The notes beneath the pieces are model-generated. The model ran no database searches. It had not been told where the DNA came from and saw only the letters and a list, made by a program, of their open reading frames with translations. A program made the translations under genes and the position numbers. From IMG/VR virus record IMGVR_UViG_3300010391_000003: a DNA stretch of 20,000 bases. One strand, written 5' to 3'. The stretch is from an uncultured virus (IMG/VR IMGVR_UViG_3300010391_000003) (taxonomy: Duplodnaviria > Heunggongvirae > Uroviricota > Caudoviricetes). Positions 1 through 8,870 of this stretch are shown here, in pieces. Numbering within the stretch: position 1 is the stretch's first letter; each line of letters starts with the position of its first letter.

Positions 1-1
1 A

Positions 2-463
2 TTTATCCCAACTCTATGTATATGTGGTTGTAATGAAATTATTTGGGATTCAAGGACAACTATAAAAAGAGGTCACATCTCAAGAATTAATACACCCACA
101 GAAAATCTTAAACTCGGTTGGGAATTAAATCAGACAGAAGAACATAAGAGTAAATTATCAAGAAATAGAAAGGAATTAATAAAAATTCGTCCTGATGTAA
201 TCAGAAGAGGAGAAAAACACCCAAGATAGAATGGTAGAAAGAAATTAAGAGAAGCAAGAGCAAACTACAAAAGATTAGAAAGAGGATTTATATTGCTTAT
301 AAATAAGAATCCTTATAATGAACCAATAGATTATCATCATCCAGATTTTAACAAACCATATGTTGTACCGTGTCCGACAAGAGTACATGAAATGTTTACT
401 GGAAGAAAAGATCATCATCAATTAGTAAATGCATGGTTAGGAATTATTAGAATAGGAGAATAG
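2..463 (+). pseudogene. HNH-type (homing) endonuclease-like gene, 5'-truncated by the window, with in-frame TAG at 227-229
   Basis: Frame 2 reads ...LCICGCNEIIW...GEKHPR*NGRKK...IDYHHPDFNKPYVVPCPTRVH...IGE*. It has a CxCGC knuckle, a NUMOD-like GEKHPR(W)NG motif with TAG where TGG is expected, and an HH...P...H HNH-like C-terminus. Not in the ORF track. Confidence 0.6.
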
Positions 464-862
464 ATGACAAAATATTATCAGATAAGAGTAGAATATAGAG
501 TAGAGGAAGAGATTCCAGTAATCTATCTTTGGGGAAGACATCTTGAAACAATGGAAAAAGTATTATTCAAGGTGTTGGGTTTCGAGCCATATTTTTATGT
601 TGCTGACTCCGAATCTGTCCCATCTATTCCACAAATAAAGCGAATACAATCGGGTTTCGTTGGAATTTTTGGAGAAAAATACAAAAAGATTGTTGTCGGA
701 GTCCCAGAAGATGTGAGAGATATTAAGCAAAATTTCACCAAAACTGGCGAAGCAGATATTCCATTCACCCGAAGGTTTCTTATAAATCTTGGTATCAGGA
801 GATATTTCACAGTTCCTGATGGAAAAACAGAATTAAATTATACGGAAGTTATTGGTGAATAA
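464..862 (+). CDS. Stand-alone N-terminal domain of archaeal family-B DNA polymerase (uracil-sensing domain)
   Basis: Motifs PVIYLWGR, GFEPYFY, PEDVRDIK and EADIPFTRRFLINLGI match the PolB NTD. The ORF stops before any ExoI DxE motif. AGGAG RBS upstream. Confidence 0.85.
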   Translation: MTKYYQIRVEYRVEEEIPVIYLWGRHLETMEKVLFKVLGFEPYFYVADSESVPSIPQIKRIQSGFVGIFGEKYKKIVVGVPEDVRDIKQNFTKTGEADIPFTRRFLINLGIRRYFTVPDGKTELNYTEVIGE

Positions 863-864
863 AA

Positions 865-1074
865 ATGTCGATGATGGACACAAGCACAAAATTTGAAAGA
901 GAAAAAAGAAAGAAGATTATAATACATAATTGCAAAGAGTGCCCTCATATTTCGATAAAATACAGTGAAAAAGTACATGACAGAAAATATAATGCTTGTA
1001 CAAATTCAGACTATAAGATAATAAGATCATTAAAGACCATCCCAGATTGGTGTAAATTAGATAATGAGGAGTAA
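865..1074 (+). CDS. Small Cys-rich hypothetical protein
   Basis: CKECPH...C...IPDWCKL pattern typical of small viral metal-binding proteins; tight packing. Confidence 0.7.
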   Translation: MSMMDTSTKFEREKRKKIIIHNCKECPHISIKYSEKVHDRKYNACTNSDYKIIRSLKTIPDWCKLDNEE

Positions 1075-1079
1075 ATAAT

Positions 1080-1295
1080 ATGAAAATTACAATAAAAAAT
1101 TATGAGTTAGATATATTTAGAATATTTATTTTAACAATATGTATAATTGTTTGGTTTATTGTGGGAAGTTTTCTTGGACAAATATCACCAGCACTACCAA
1201 TTTTTTATGTTGCTATAACATTTGCATCACTTATGATGTTAGTACAAAATATTAATAAAAAGAGAATAAATATGAATGAATTAGATGAATCGTGA
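1080..1295 (+). CDS. Small membrane protein (2 TM)
   Basis: Two hydrophobic segments; GAGGAG upstream. Confidence 0.65.
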   Translation: MKITIKNYELDIFRIFILTICIIVWFIVGSFLGQISPALPIFYVAITFASLMMLVQNINKKRINMNELDES

Positions 1296-1506
1296 AAACA
1301 TAGATATTTTGGAGAGAGAGAGATCTGATAAATACACAGTTTTAATTGCATGTATTGGGTTTATTATATTTTTTAATGGTATATTTAATCTATTTTCACC
1401 ATTTAATGAACTTGTAAATATAATAATTGATATTATTGTTACTTTTATTGGATTTTTAATATTATTTATATCATACATGTTTTATTTTAGAACAAGAAAT
1501 CTGTGA
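1285..1506 (+). CDS. Small membrane protein (2 TM)
   Basis: Two hydrophobic segments; overlaps both neighbours. Confidence 0.6.
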   Translation: MNRENIDILERERSDKYTVLIACIGFIIFFNGIFNLFSPFNELVNIIIDIIVTFIGFLILFISYMFYFRTRNL

Positions 1507-1868
1507 AGGAAAAAATGGCAATAAAATTATATGAACCAAAATGGTATAAATATTGGTGTCACGGATTAAAAATTTATTTTAATACACATTTTAAATGTGA
1601 AGATGAAAGGCTTAATTCTATAAAAAGAACACACAAAGGATATATTATTCCAGATGATGCAAATCTTGGAGTTGAACCAAGTACATTATGGAACATAATA
1701 CATATTGTTTCAATAATAGTAAGATTAATTTTATTAATTTGGATATTAATTTATTCATTTAGTTTTGGATGTGAAATATTTTCATTAACAATAGTTGCCA
1801 TAATTTTAATAAGATTTTTACCAATGATGAGTTGTAGCAGAAATTTTTTATATGATATAATATTTTAG
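1503..1868 (+). CDS. Hypothetical membrane protein
   Basis: Two C-terminal hydrophobic segments; start could be GTG 1503 or ATG 1515. Confidence 0.6.
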   Translation: MKEKMAIKLYEPKWYKYWCHGLKIYFNTHFKCEDERLNSIKRTHKGYIIPDDANLGVEPSTLWNIIHIVSIIVRLILLIWILIYSFSFGCEIFSLTIVAIILIRFLPMMSCSRNFLYDIIF

Positions 1869-1881
1869 ATAAGGAGAGAAA

Positions 1882-2343
1882 ATGAAAATAAAAATATTTA
1901 CTGATGAAGAGTATATGAGAATAGCAAAGAAAGTTTCTTGGAAATCACGATGTAAAAAAAGACAATTGGGTTGTATTCTTGTAGATATAGATGGTGGAAT
2001 AATTGAAGGAACAAATGGAGCACCAGTTCCATTAAAAGCCTGTGATCCATGTCCAAGAATGGTAATAAATTCAATCTCTGGTGCTGATTTAGATTTATGT
2101 CGAGCAGTTCATGCAGAAAGACAGGCATTATTAATTGCAGCAAGATATGGAATAAAAACATGTGGATCAAAATTATATTCATATATGGGAGTGCCGTGTA
2201 AAGATTGTATGATCGAATTAATTGAAGCTGGAGTTTCAGAAATTATTTGTGCGAAAGAAACATATTATGATGAGTTGTCAAAGGATATTGTAAAAGAATG
2301 GAAAACCTGTGGTAGCACACTTAGATTTATAAATATAGATTAA
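1882..2343 (+). CDS. dCMP deaminase (ComEB/DCTD family)
   Basis: SRCKKRQLGC, GTNGAP, HAERQAL and PCKDC zinc-deaminase motifs; AAGGAG RBS. Confidence 0.9.
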   Translation: MKIKIFTDEEYMRIAKKVSWKSRCKKRQLGCILVDIDGGIIEGTNGAPVPLKACDPCPRMVINSISGADLDLCRAVHAERQALLIAARYGIKTCGSKLYSYMGVPCKDCMIELIEAGVSEIICAKETYYDELSKDIVKEWKTCGSTLRFINID

Positions 2344-2367
2344 GTAAATATTAAATACTATTTACTT
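2342..2367. terminator. Inverted repeat after dCMP deaminase (possible terminator or operator)
   Basis: AAGTAAATA-8 nt-TATTTACTT followed by T's. Confidence 0.35.
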
Positions 2368-2439
2368 TTATGAATAAAAACAAATAGGTTTATAACCATA
2401 GAAGTCTTTTAGTATATTCCTTATATTTTGAGGCATTTT

Positions 2440-2883
2440 ATGATGAATTCTATTATTAAAACTTGTATTTCAGAAGGCAACTTTGTACTTCATTCTGGTC
2501 AAAGATCAAAATATTTATTTGATGTGTTAAAATTAATAGATAAGGAAGAATTCTTAAGTGAATTTTACAGATTTGTTCATTGTGATTTTATTGTTGGAAT
2601 TGAATTCGGGGGAGCAATCTTAGCTTCTATTAATTCTGGAAGAAATTTAAGGTTTGCTATAATAAGAAAAGATGGAACAATATATGGTGATAAAATTCCT
2701 AAAGATTATGTTCTTTTAGATGATGTTGTAACAACAGAAAATAGTGTAAGAAAAGCTATGGAACAACTTGGAGGATTAGGACATTATCCAGACGAGATAA
2801 GATGTATTGTTGACAGAAGAAATAAAGAGAATAAGTCGTTACACATAGAGTCTATGTTAGAATGGAATGAGGAAGAAATATGA
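2440..2883 (+). CDS. pyrE: Orotate phosphoribosyltransferase-like type I PRTase
   Basis: GNFVLHSGQRSKYLFD, GIEFGG, IIRK and PRPP loop LLDDVVTTENS (GGS replaced). Start moved to ATG 2440 after GAGG; TTTATA box at 2389. Confidence 0.7.
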   Translation: MMNSIIKTCISEGNFVLHSGQRSKYLFDVLKLIDKEEFLSEFYRFVHCDFIVGIEFGGAILASINSGRNLRFAIIRKDGTIYGDKIPKDYVLLDDVVTTENSVRKAMEQLGGLGHYPDEIRCIVDRRNKENKSLHIESMLEWNEEEI

Positions 2884-3164
2884 ATAAAATAGAAGACAAA
2901 TCTTTATTACATAATGGTGGACTTCTGATAATTGATGACGAAAAAGTAGGAGAAAGCGAAAGAATGAGACGTCTGAGAGCACAATTACCAGAACCACAAA
3001 GATGTACAAAATGTCCAAATCCATTGTTTGATACAATGAAATCAAGTGATGAAGAACCTTATAGAATTGGTGGAAAACCTGTTTGTAGGGAGTGTTTCTT
3101 TAATGAACTTGGAGAAGAAATAGAAAGACATCCTATTGGTTTTCTACCAAGGATGGTAAAATGA
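2880..3164 (+). CDS. Zinc-finger protein
   Basis: CTKC...CREC followed by ELGEEIERHPIGF. Confidence 0.7.
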   Translation: MNKIEDKSLLHNGGLLIIDDEKVGESERMRRLRAQLPEPQRCTKCPNPLFDTMKSSDEEPYRIGGKPVCRECFFNELGEEIERHPIGFLPRMVK

Positions 3165-3257
3165 GTTCATGTGATGTTTTTAGAGACTTTTTATAAGAAA
3201 TTATATATGAATATATTAATTGAAAGAAACCTTACTTGATTGGGAGACGGAATAAAT

Positions 3258-4982
3258 ATGGAAAAAATTATAAACGATTATATAGGAAAAACAGACTGGA
3301 GAGTACACGAAAATGCAAACACATCATATTCAATATCTGGTTTAAAAAGTTATATTGCTGCAAGTATATTGGCAAAAGACTCTCTTTCGAAATTACCAGA
3401 GCCGATAAGAGAAGCACACAAACGAGGAGCTATACATCTTCACGATTTAGACGGTTCTTTATATGTCCCATATTGTTATGGCGCAGACCTTCAGCAACTT
3501 CTTTTAGAGGGTTTAAAGAATCCTGTCGGAAGTAGTTCAACACCTGCAAAACACTTGGATACAGCAATAGACCACATTGTTAATTATATTTATATTTCTC
3601 AATCAGAATTTAATGGAGCACAAGCATTTTCAAATGTTGATACACTTCTTGCACCATTTGTAATAGGAAAAGATTACAAATATGTAAAACAACAAATACA
3701 GAGATTAATATATAATATTTCATATCCGCTAAGAAGTGCTTTTCAAACACCATTCTTTAATGCTTCATTTGATATTATACCTCCTAAACATATGAAAGAT
3801 GAACCTATTGTTGTCGGTGGAAAAACAGACGAGAAATTATCATATGGTGATATGCAAAAAGAAATGGATATGATAAATTCTTCATTTCTTGAATTAATGA
3901 TAAGTGGAGATTCAAAAGGAAAACCATTTACATTTCCAATACCAACATATGGTGTTACAAAAGAACTGTTGAGAAAGGATGATGATGTTACAAGACTTTT
4001 ATATACATTAACAGCCAAATTTGGTTCGCCAAACTTTCAAAATTATATAAAATCTGGAAATGATCCTTCTGATGTTAGAAGTATGTGTTGTAGAATGTCA
4101 TTGGACATTGCAAAGTTGAAATCTCGTGGTCTTTGGAATATGGGAAATAGAACAGGATCTTTGGGAGTAGTCACAATAAATCTAAATCATGCTTCTAAAG
4201 ATGGAGAAGAAAAATTTATAGAAAATATAGATTCTGTATATGATTTATCTGTAGAAGAACTTTTAATAAAACATAAATATATACAAGAGGCATTTGACAG
4301 AGGATTACTTCCATTCACAAGACAATATTTGCCAAATAAAGATCCATTTAGAACATTTTTTAATACAATCGGAATTCACGCTATGAATGAAGCTTGTATA
4401 AATATGTTTGAATCAAATATAGAATCTAATCAAGATTTTGTTGTTGACATTTTAAAACACATAAGACACAGAACTGATGAAACGACAGAAGAAACGGGAC
4501 TCTTGTTTAACTTAGAAGAAACTCCATGTGAAGGTGCTACACGTCGATTAGCAAAACTTGACAAAAAATTAGGACTTCCAACACAGGGAGAAGAATCACC
4601 ATATCTTACAAATTCTACACATTGTCCAGTTAATACAGGATTAGATTGGATACAAAATGTAAGAATCCAGGAGAAGTTTAAACCATTTTATTCTGGTGGA
4701 ACAATATTACATGGATTTATTGGAGAAGAAATATCACCAGAAAGTGCCAAACATATAGTAAAACAGATGACTTGTGAAACAAAAATACCTTATTATAATG
4801 TAACGCCAACATTTTCTCATTGTAATAATCATAGTCATATATCTGGAAATGTACCAATATGCCCGAAGTGTAATGAAGAAACCTTGGTGTACTCACGTGT
4901 GGTTGGATATCTGCAACCCACAATCAAGTGGAGCGACTCCAAAAAAGAAGAATTTAAAGATAGAAAAATGTATAAGATGTGA
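3258..4982 (+). CDS. nrdD: Anaerobic (class III) ribonucleoside-triphosphate reductase, no ATP-cone
   Basis: ENAN, IHLHDL, PYC, GAQAF, FTFPIPT, RSMCCR finger loop, FNLEETPCE, C-terminal CxxH/CxxC and glycyl-radical loop YSRVVGYL. ATG 3258 preferred as start. Confidence 0.95.
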   Translation: MEKIINDYIGKTDWRVHENANTSYSISGLKSYIAASILAKDSLSKLPEPIREAHKRGAIHLHDLDGSLYVPYCYGADLQQLLLEGLKNPVGSSSTPAKHLDTAIDHIVNYIYISQSEFNGAQAFSNVDTLLAPFVIGKDYKYVKQQIQRLIYNISYPLRSAFQTPFFNASFDIIPPKHMKDEPIVVGGKTDEKLSYGDMQKEMDMINSSFLELMISGDSKGKPFTFPIPTYGVTKELLRKDDDVTRLLYTLTAKFGSPNFQNYIKSGNDPSDVRSMCCRMSLDIAKLKSRGLWNMGNRTGSLGVVTINLNHASKDGEEKFIENIDSVYDLSVEELLIKHKYIQEAFDRGLLPFTRQYLPNKDPFRTFFNTIGIHAMNEACINMFESNIESNQDFVVDILKHIRHRTDETTEETGLLFNLEETPCEGATRRLAKLDKKLGLPTQGEESPYLTNSTHCPVNTGLDWIQNVRIQEKFKPFYSGGTILHGFIGEEISPESAKHIVKQMTCETKIPYYNVTPTFSHCNNHSHISGNVPICPKCNEETLVYSRVVGYLQPTIKWSDSKKEEFKDRKMYKM

Positions 4983-5007
4983 AAAAATTACGGTAGATGA
5001 TATAATA

Positions 5008-5415
5008 ATGTTTCTTTTTTATTTTATTTTATTTATTATTTTTATTTATCTAATAATAAAACTTTTAAGCGGAACAAGAGAACTATATATTGATGAGAAT
5101 GGATATTACAGATATGTATATAATCAAAAACTTGTTCATCGAGATGTTGCATATAAATATATTTATAAAAATAATAAACATAAATATCCCCTAAGATTTA
5201 GAAATTATCAGGTACATCATAAAAATAGAAATAAATTAGATAATGATGTTGAAAATTTACAAATTGTCACAAGAGAAGAACACGAAAAAATACACGGAAT
5301 TACAAAAATTAATAGAGAATGGTCTCGATGTAGTTGTTTGGATAAATATGGACAACAAGTAAATCATTGCACAGATTGTGGAAATCATAAATATTTGCCA
5401 GATATTTATCGATAA
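5008..5415 (+). CDS. HNH endonuclease with N-terminal hydrophobic segment
   Basis: YIDENGYYR, LVHRDVA, VHHKNRNKLDNDVENLQIVTREEHEKIH. Likely start ATG 5008 gives MFLFYFILFIIFIYLIIKLL; C-terminal Cys cluster. Confidence 0.8.
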   Translation: MFLFYFILFIIFIYLIIKLLSGTRELYIDENGYYRYVYNQKLVHRDVAYKYIYKNNKHKYPLRFRNYQVHHKNRNKLDNDVENLQIVTREEHEKIHGITKINREWSRCSCLDKYGQQVNHCTDCGNHKYLPDIYR

Positions 5416-5445
5416 ATTTAAAATAATAAAGGAGAAATTAAATAA

Positions 5446-5487
5446 ATGTCAGAAATAATAGTAAATGTAAGATGGCTGGATAGATAG
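5446..5487 (+). pseudogene. 13-codon ORF with RBS, probable truncated gene remnant
   Basis: AAGGAG then MSEIIVNVRWLDR*; the TAG is in frame with the ATG at 5497. Confidence 0.3.
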
Positions 5488-5496
5488 GAAAAATTT

Positions 5497-5868
5497 ATGG
5501 GCTGGTCAAATTATATAATAATACAAAAATTAAAACTTATAATTGAAACAAGTCGAAATATTAATGAAATCTATGATTTCCAAAAGAAAGCATTAGGCTA
5601 TTTGATTGACGATGAAAGAACAATAGAACTCGAAGAACAAGATATATCAAATATAAATATTAAAAATATATCTATTAAAGATTTGGCAATACTATTTTCT
5701 ACATATGAACAAGCTGAAAAAATCTCTGGAATGGAGGAAGACAAATTTCTTTTATATTGGTTAGGATATAAAAATATAGATTATAAAATCATATCTGAAT
5801 TTGAAATTACTAAAGATATAGATGAATATAAAAAAACATATACAATTATTAGAATGTATGAGGAATAA
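5497..5868 (+). CDS. Hypothetical protein
   Basis: 123-aa ORF on the coding strand, tightly packed. Confidence 0.7.
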   Translation: MGWSNYIIIQKLKLIIETSRNINEIYDFQKKALGYLIDDERTIELEEQDISNINIKNISIKDLAILFSTYEQAEKISGMEEDKFLLYWLGYKNIDYKIISEFEITKDIDEYKKTYTIIRMYEE

Positions 5869-5870
5869 GA

Positions 5871-6014
5871 ATGAAATGTATCAGTCCAGAATGTGAAAAT
5901 GATGCTACTGATTGTTTTTGGTGTGATAAGTGTCTCGATGAATTAGGAAATTATATCGAAGAACATGGTATGGGATTTATTCCATCTTATAAAACAAATA
6001 ACCTTATTAAATAG
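5871..6014 (+). CDS. 47-aa Cys-rich protein related to the C-terminus of 2880..3164
   Basis: MKCISPECENDATDCFWCDKCLDELGNYIEEHGMGFIPSY...; below ORF-track cutoff. Confidence 0.65.
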   Translation: MKCISPECENDATDCFWCDKCLDELGNYIEEHGMGFIPSYKTNNLIK

Positions 6015-6015
6015 T
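6006..6015 (+). promoter_or_regulatory. TATA box, leaderless promoter
   Basis: ATTAAATAGT exactly 21 nt before ATG 6037. Confidence 0.55.
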
Positions 6016-6036
6016 ACAAGTTATTAAAATATATTT

Positions 6037-6222
6037 ATGGGCAGCATTCATCAAGAAGTAAAATTAAAAATAAAATGTCCAAGATGTGGAGAACCATTAT
6101 ATGGTTTTTCAATGTTTGATGATTACAACCAAGAAGATCATACAACTTATTGTAAGAAGTGTAATTTTACAGAATCATTCGACGAAACCTATACAAGAAT
6201 AAATAAGAAGGAAACAACATGA
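6037..6222 (+). CDS. Zinc-ribbon microprotein
   Basis: CPRCG...CKKC. Confidence 0.7.
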   Translation: MGSIHQEVKLKIKCPRCGEPLYGFSMFDDYNQEDHTTYCKKCNFTESFDETYTRINKKETT

Positions 6223-6347
6223 AAACCAAAGAAAATATAATAGAAAGACTTAAAGATGATATAAATGCTCTTTCAACAGCTCCAAATGAGAAGTATGAAT
6301 TAATCTATATAAATGATATTAAAACAATGATCTGGTTTTTGGAATAA
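6219..6347 (+). CDS. 42-aa hypothetical protein
   Basis: ATGA overlap with the previous gene; MKTKENIIERLKDDI...WFLE. Confidence 0.55.
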   Translation: MKTKENIIERLKDDINALSTAPNEKYELIYINDIKTMIWFLE

Positions 6348-6359
6348 GAGTCAATATTT

Positions 6360-6479
6360 ATGGAAAGGTCATGCGAATTTTGTTTTAACAACAAAACATC
6401 AGAATGTAATAGTTGCAGTGAATATATGGAAAAATTTGTAAAAGATGACTTATTAAATGAAAAAAGTCACGGATGTTAG
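6360..6479 (+). CDS. 39-aa four-Cys microprotein
   Basis: CEFCFN...CNSCSE; resembles 8332..8433. Confidence 0.55.
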   Translation: MERSCEFCFNNKTSECNSCSEYMEKFVKDDLLNEKSHGC

Positions 6480-6480
6480 A

Positions 6481-6633
6481 ATGTCAAAAAGAATAGTATC
6501 AGGAACAGAAGAAAATGGTGTCTCTATCCAAATTGAAGGAGATATTGTTGAGATTGTGATGTGGTATGATTATAGTGAAATTCATACTGAAACAATAACA
6601 CTCGAAAGATTTAAGCGAGAACTTGGCTTATAG
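6481..6633 (+). CDS. 50-aa hypothetical protein
   Basis: MSKRIVSGTEENG...FKRELGL; 1 nt after the previous stop. Confidence 0.55.
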   Translation: MSKRIVSGTEENGVSIQIEGDIVEIVMWYDYSEIHTETITLERFKRELGL

Positions 6634-6638
6634 AAAGA

Positions 6639-6648
6639 TTAATATAGT
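6639..6648 (+). promoter_or_regulatory. TATA box, leaderless promoter
   Basis: TTAATATAGT exactly 21 nt before ATG 6670. Confidence 0.55.
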
Positions 6649-6669
6649 AATAGAACTATACTACTCTCT

Positions 6670-6933
6670 ATGAGTGGAGACAAAGAGTCGTTAAGAAGAA
6701 TATTAATATCAGAAATAGAAGATGCAGTCAGTTCTGGGAATCTTGCAAGACGAAGATATTTATTAGACAAAATTCGAGATCTTGACAAAGAACAATCAAG
6801 AGCAAAGTACAAATCAAAACAAATTATAGAAGACGAGAAAGAATATATGAGATTGGCAGATGAAAGAGCAAGATTAAACAATTATATGCCAACAAATTTG
6901 GTTGATAATAAAAAACAATTCTGGAAAATCTAA
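6670..6933 (+). CDS. Hypothetical helical/coiled-coil protein
   Basis: Charged helical 87-aa ORF behind a TATA box. Confidence 0.7.
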   Translation: MSGDKESLRRILISEIEDAVSSGNLARRRYLLDKIRDLDKEQSRAKYKSKQIIEDEKEYMRLADERARLNNYMPTNLVDNKKQFWKI

Positions 6934-6945
6934 AAAATAAAAATT

Positions 6946-7188
6946 ATGACAGAAATTGAGGACTTAAAGAGTATAATTAACGATCTTACACTTGTTGTCG
7001 AAATGTACATTGATAACTATCCTTTCGACGAAGATCATAAAGCCAAACATCGAATTTTGGTAAATGAAGCCTCATTTATGATTGGAAAACCACGAAGTAT
7101 AAAAGAATTAATAAAAATTTTAAATATAGAAGATAAATTAGAACCTGGAATATTAGAAATACTTAAAAAAGATACACATTGGGAATAA
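6946..7188 (+). CDS. Hypothetical protein
   Basis: 80-aa ORF, operon packing. Confidence 0.65.
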   Translation: MTEIEDLKSIINDLTLVVEMYIDNYPFDEDHKAKHRILVNEASFMIGKPRSIKELIKILNIEDKLEPGILEILKKDTHWE

Positions 7189-7191
7189 ATT

Positions 7192-7554
7192 ATGTACAAA
7201 AGAATGTTGAAAAAGGCACAAAAAATTGTCATAAATCCAAAAAGATTGTGTGATAATAGAGAACAATATCCTGTTGAATGGCTTTTAAAAGATGCAAAAA
7301 ATACTGGATACTTTACCAATCTTGACAGAATAAAATGTGCAATATTATACATGGATAAAAATAATCATTCAAATCATCAAGGTCTTTCAGAAGAAGACAA
7401 AGCAAAAGTAGAAAAATTGATACAATATGATGATATTGTTGATATAGTTTTATTGACATTATTTCAGTGGTTCGGAACAAATGTTGGAAAGAATGACATA
7501 GGAAAACTTTTAGACGAAATTCGAAAATTAAAATATGAGGAAGTTAAATTGTGA
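7192..7554 (+). CDS. Hypothetical protein
   Basis: 120-aa ORF with LFQWFGTNVG segment. Confidence 0.7.
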   Translation: MYKRMLKKAQKIVINPKRLCDNREQYPVEWLLKDAKNTGYFTNLDRIKCAILYMDKNNHSNHQGLSEEDKAKVEKLIQYDDIVDIVLLTLFQWFGTNVGKNDIGKLLDEIRKLKYEEVKL

Positions 7555-7838
7555 TTACAATACCAAAATTAATACCACTTGATATTAATAAATTAAAACA
7601 AACTTCTGAAAAACCAAATCGAAGTAGAAGAAGAGCAACACGAAAGCTTAACATTCTGAGAAGAGATAATTATAAGTGTGTCACTTGTGGAATTGGTGAA
7701 AATCTAACAATTGCACATCTAAATCCCATAAGAGCAAGTAATAGAGGAGCATCTCATTTTAAATTGAACGAATGTAAAACACAATGTATTGATTGTCATA
7801 TAACAGAAGAATTTGGACAAATTTATAAATCAGAATAA
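7551..7838 (+). CDS. HNH endonuclease (McrA-like, Zn-binding)
   Basis: ILRRDNYKCVTCG...LTIAH...CKTQCIDCH. Confidence 0.8.
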   Translation: MITIPKLIPLDINKLKQTSEKPNRSRRRATRKLNILRRDNYKCVTCGIGENLTIAHLNPIRASNRGASHFKLNECKTQCIDCHITEEFGQIYKSE

Positions 7839-7852
7839 TAAGGTAGTAAATT

Positions 7853-8106
7853 ATGAGTAAAGAAACCAGAATAAAGAATATCAGGAAAGAATCTATAAAT
7901 TAAAATCTGAAATTGACTTTTGTAATGAACAAATAGATGAACTTAATGGTCTTACAGAAACTTGTCCACATTGCAAAGGAGAAGGTCGATTTATGACAAT
8001 CCACCGAATGTTTGGGCAACATTCTTATACAAATTGTTATGTTTGTCGTGGAAAAGGTAAAATTACTATAGAAGAAGTAATAGAATATAATAAAGAACAT
8101 AAGTAA
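7853..8106 (+). pseudogene. DnaJ-type zinc-finger protein with a 1-nt frameshift near the 5' end
   Basis: ATG 7853 frame stops at 7901. The -1 frame (open 7861-8106) encodes YKLKSEIDFCNEQ...CPHCKGEG...CYVCRGKG with no ATG before the first knuckle. Confidence 0.55.
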
Positions 8107-8118
8107 TGGAATGATAAA

Positions 8119-8292
8119 ATGAACAAATGTTATATGTGTAATAAAGAAGTATCCATAACTGAAAAACCTGGAAATTTCTATATAAAAGTAATGAATCAGA
8201 CAGAAAATAATGAATATTTTGGAAATAAACCCATTTATGTGTGGTTTTGTTCTTGGGAACACTTAGAAGATTTTATAAAACAAGAAAATTAA
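8119..8292 (+). CDS. 57-aa TRASH/YHS-like metal-binding microprotein
   Basis: CYMC...WFCSWEH. Confidence 0.6.
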   Translation: MNKCYMCNKEVSITEKPGNFYIKVMNQTENNEYFGNKPIYVWFCSWEHLEDFIKQEN

Positions 8293-8300
8293 TACAAAGT

Positions 8301-8310
8301 ATTATATACT
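8301..8310 (+). promoter_or_regulatory. TATA box, leaderless promoter
   Basis: ATTATATACT exactly 21 nt before ATG 8332. Confidence 0.6.
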
Positions 8311-8331
8311 TTTAAATCATACTTAGTATCT

Positions 8332-8433
8332 ATGTCTAAAATTCCTTGTCAATGGTGTAAAAACCAAAATAATTGTAAAAATTGTAGTGAAATAAAGACA
8401 AATTTCCAATATTATGGTTGGTGGAGAAATTAA
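8332..8433 (+). CDS. 33-aa four-Cys microprotein
   Basis: MSKIPCQWCKNQNNCKNCSE...; sits at the leaderless promoter spacing. Confidence 0.6.
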   Translation: MSKIPCQWCKNQNNCKNCSEIKTNFQYYGWWRN

Positions 8434-8435
8434 AA

Positions 8436-8627
8436 ATGACAAGATATGATGATGATAAATTTAGTTGTTCAAAATGGAAACCCAAAAAAGACAAAGACGA
8501 AATAAAACATATTTATCCAAATAAAACTCTTTATCAGAGAAGAGTAAATTTATATTCAATTCCTGGAATTCAAGAAGTTATTTTTAGAGAAGATAGAAAG
8601 AATAAGCCTTGGTGGAAGTTTTGGTAA
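8436..8627 (+). CDS. Hypothetical protein
   Basis: ATG 8436 two nt after the previous stop; ends KPWWKFW. Confidence 0.6.
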   Translation: MTRYDDDKFSCSKWKPKKDKDEIKHIYPNKTLYQRRVNLYSIPGIQEVIFREDRKNKPWWKFW

Positions 8628-8727
8628 TAAAAAATGTAAAAACTAAATATTTAATAAGGATGGAAATAAATATGACAGAAAATAATTCTGAATTTAAATA
8701 TCGTGAATTTTGGAGAAGTTGAAAATT

Positions 8728-8868
8728 ATGATGAAATGTAAATTTTGTGAAGAAAATATTATATATAAAAATGGAAGATGGCAACATCTATATTTAAGAT
8801 CACATATTATTTCACATGATGCTATTCCAAATGAATATAAACCAGATCCATTTATGCATTGTAAATAA
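8728..8868 (+). CDS. 46-aa CCHH-type microprotein
   Basis: MMKCKFCEENI...WQH...HDAIP. Confidence 0.55.
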   Translation: MMKCKFCEENIIYKNGRWQHLYLRSHIISHDAIPNEYKPDPFMHCK

Positions 8869-8870
8869 TT

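Noticed and set aside
3236..3535. 99-aa ORF overlapping nrdD, the 4849 extension of the HNH ORF, and 18991..19179
   Set aside because: Alternate-frame overlaps inside well-supported genes.
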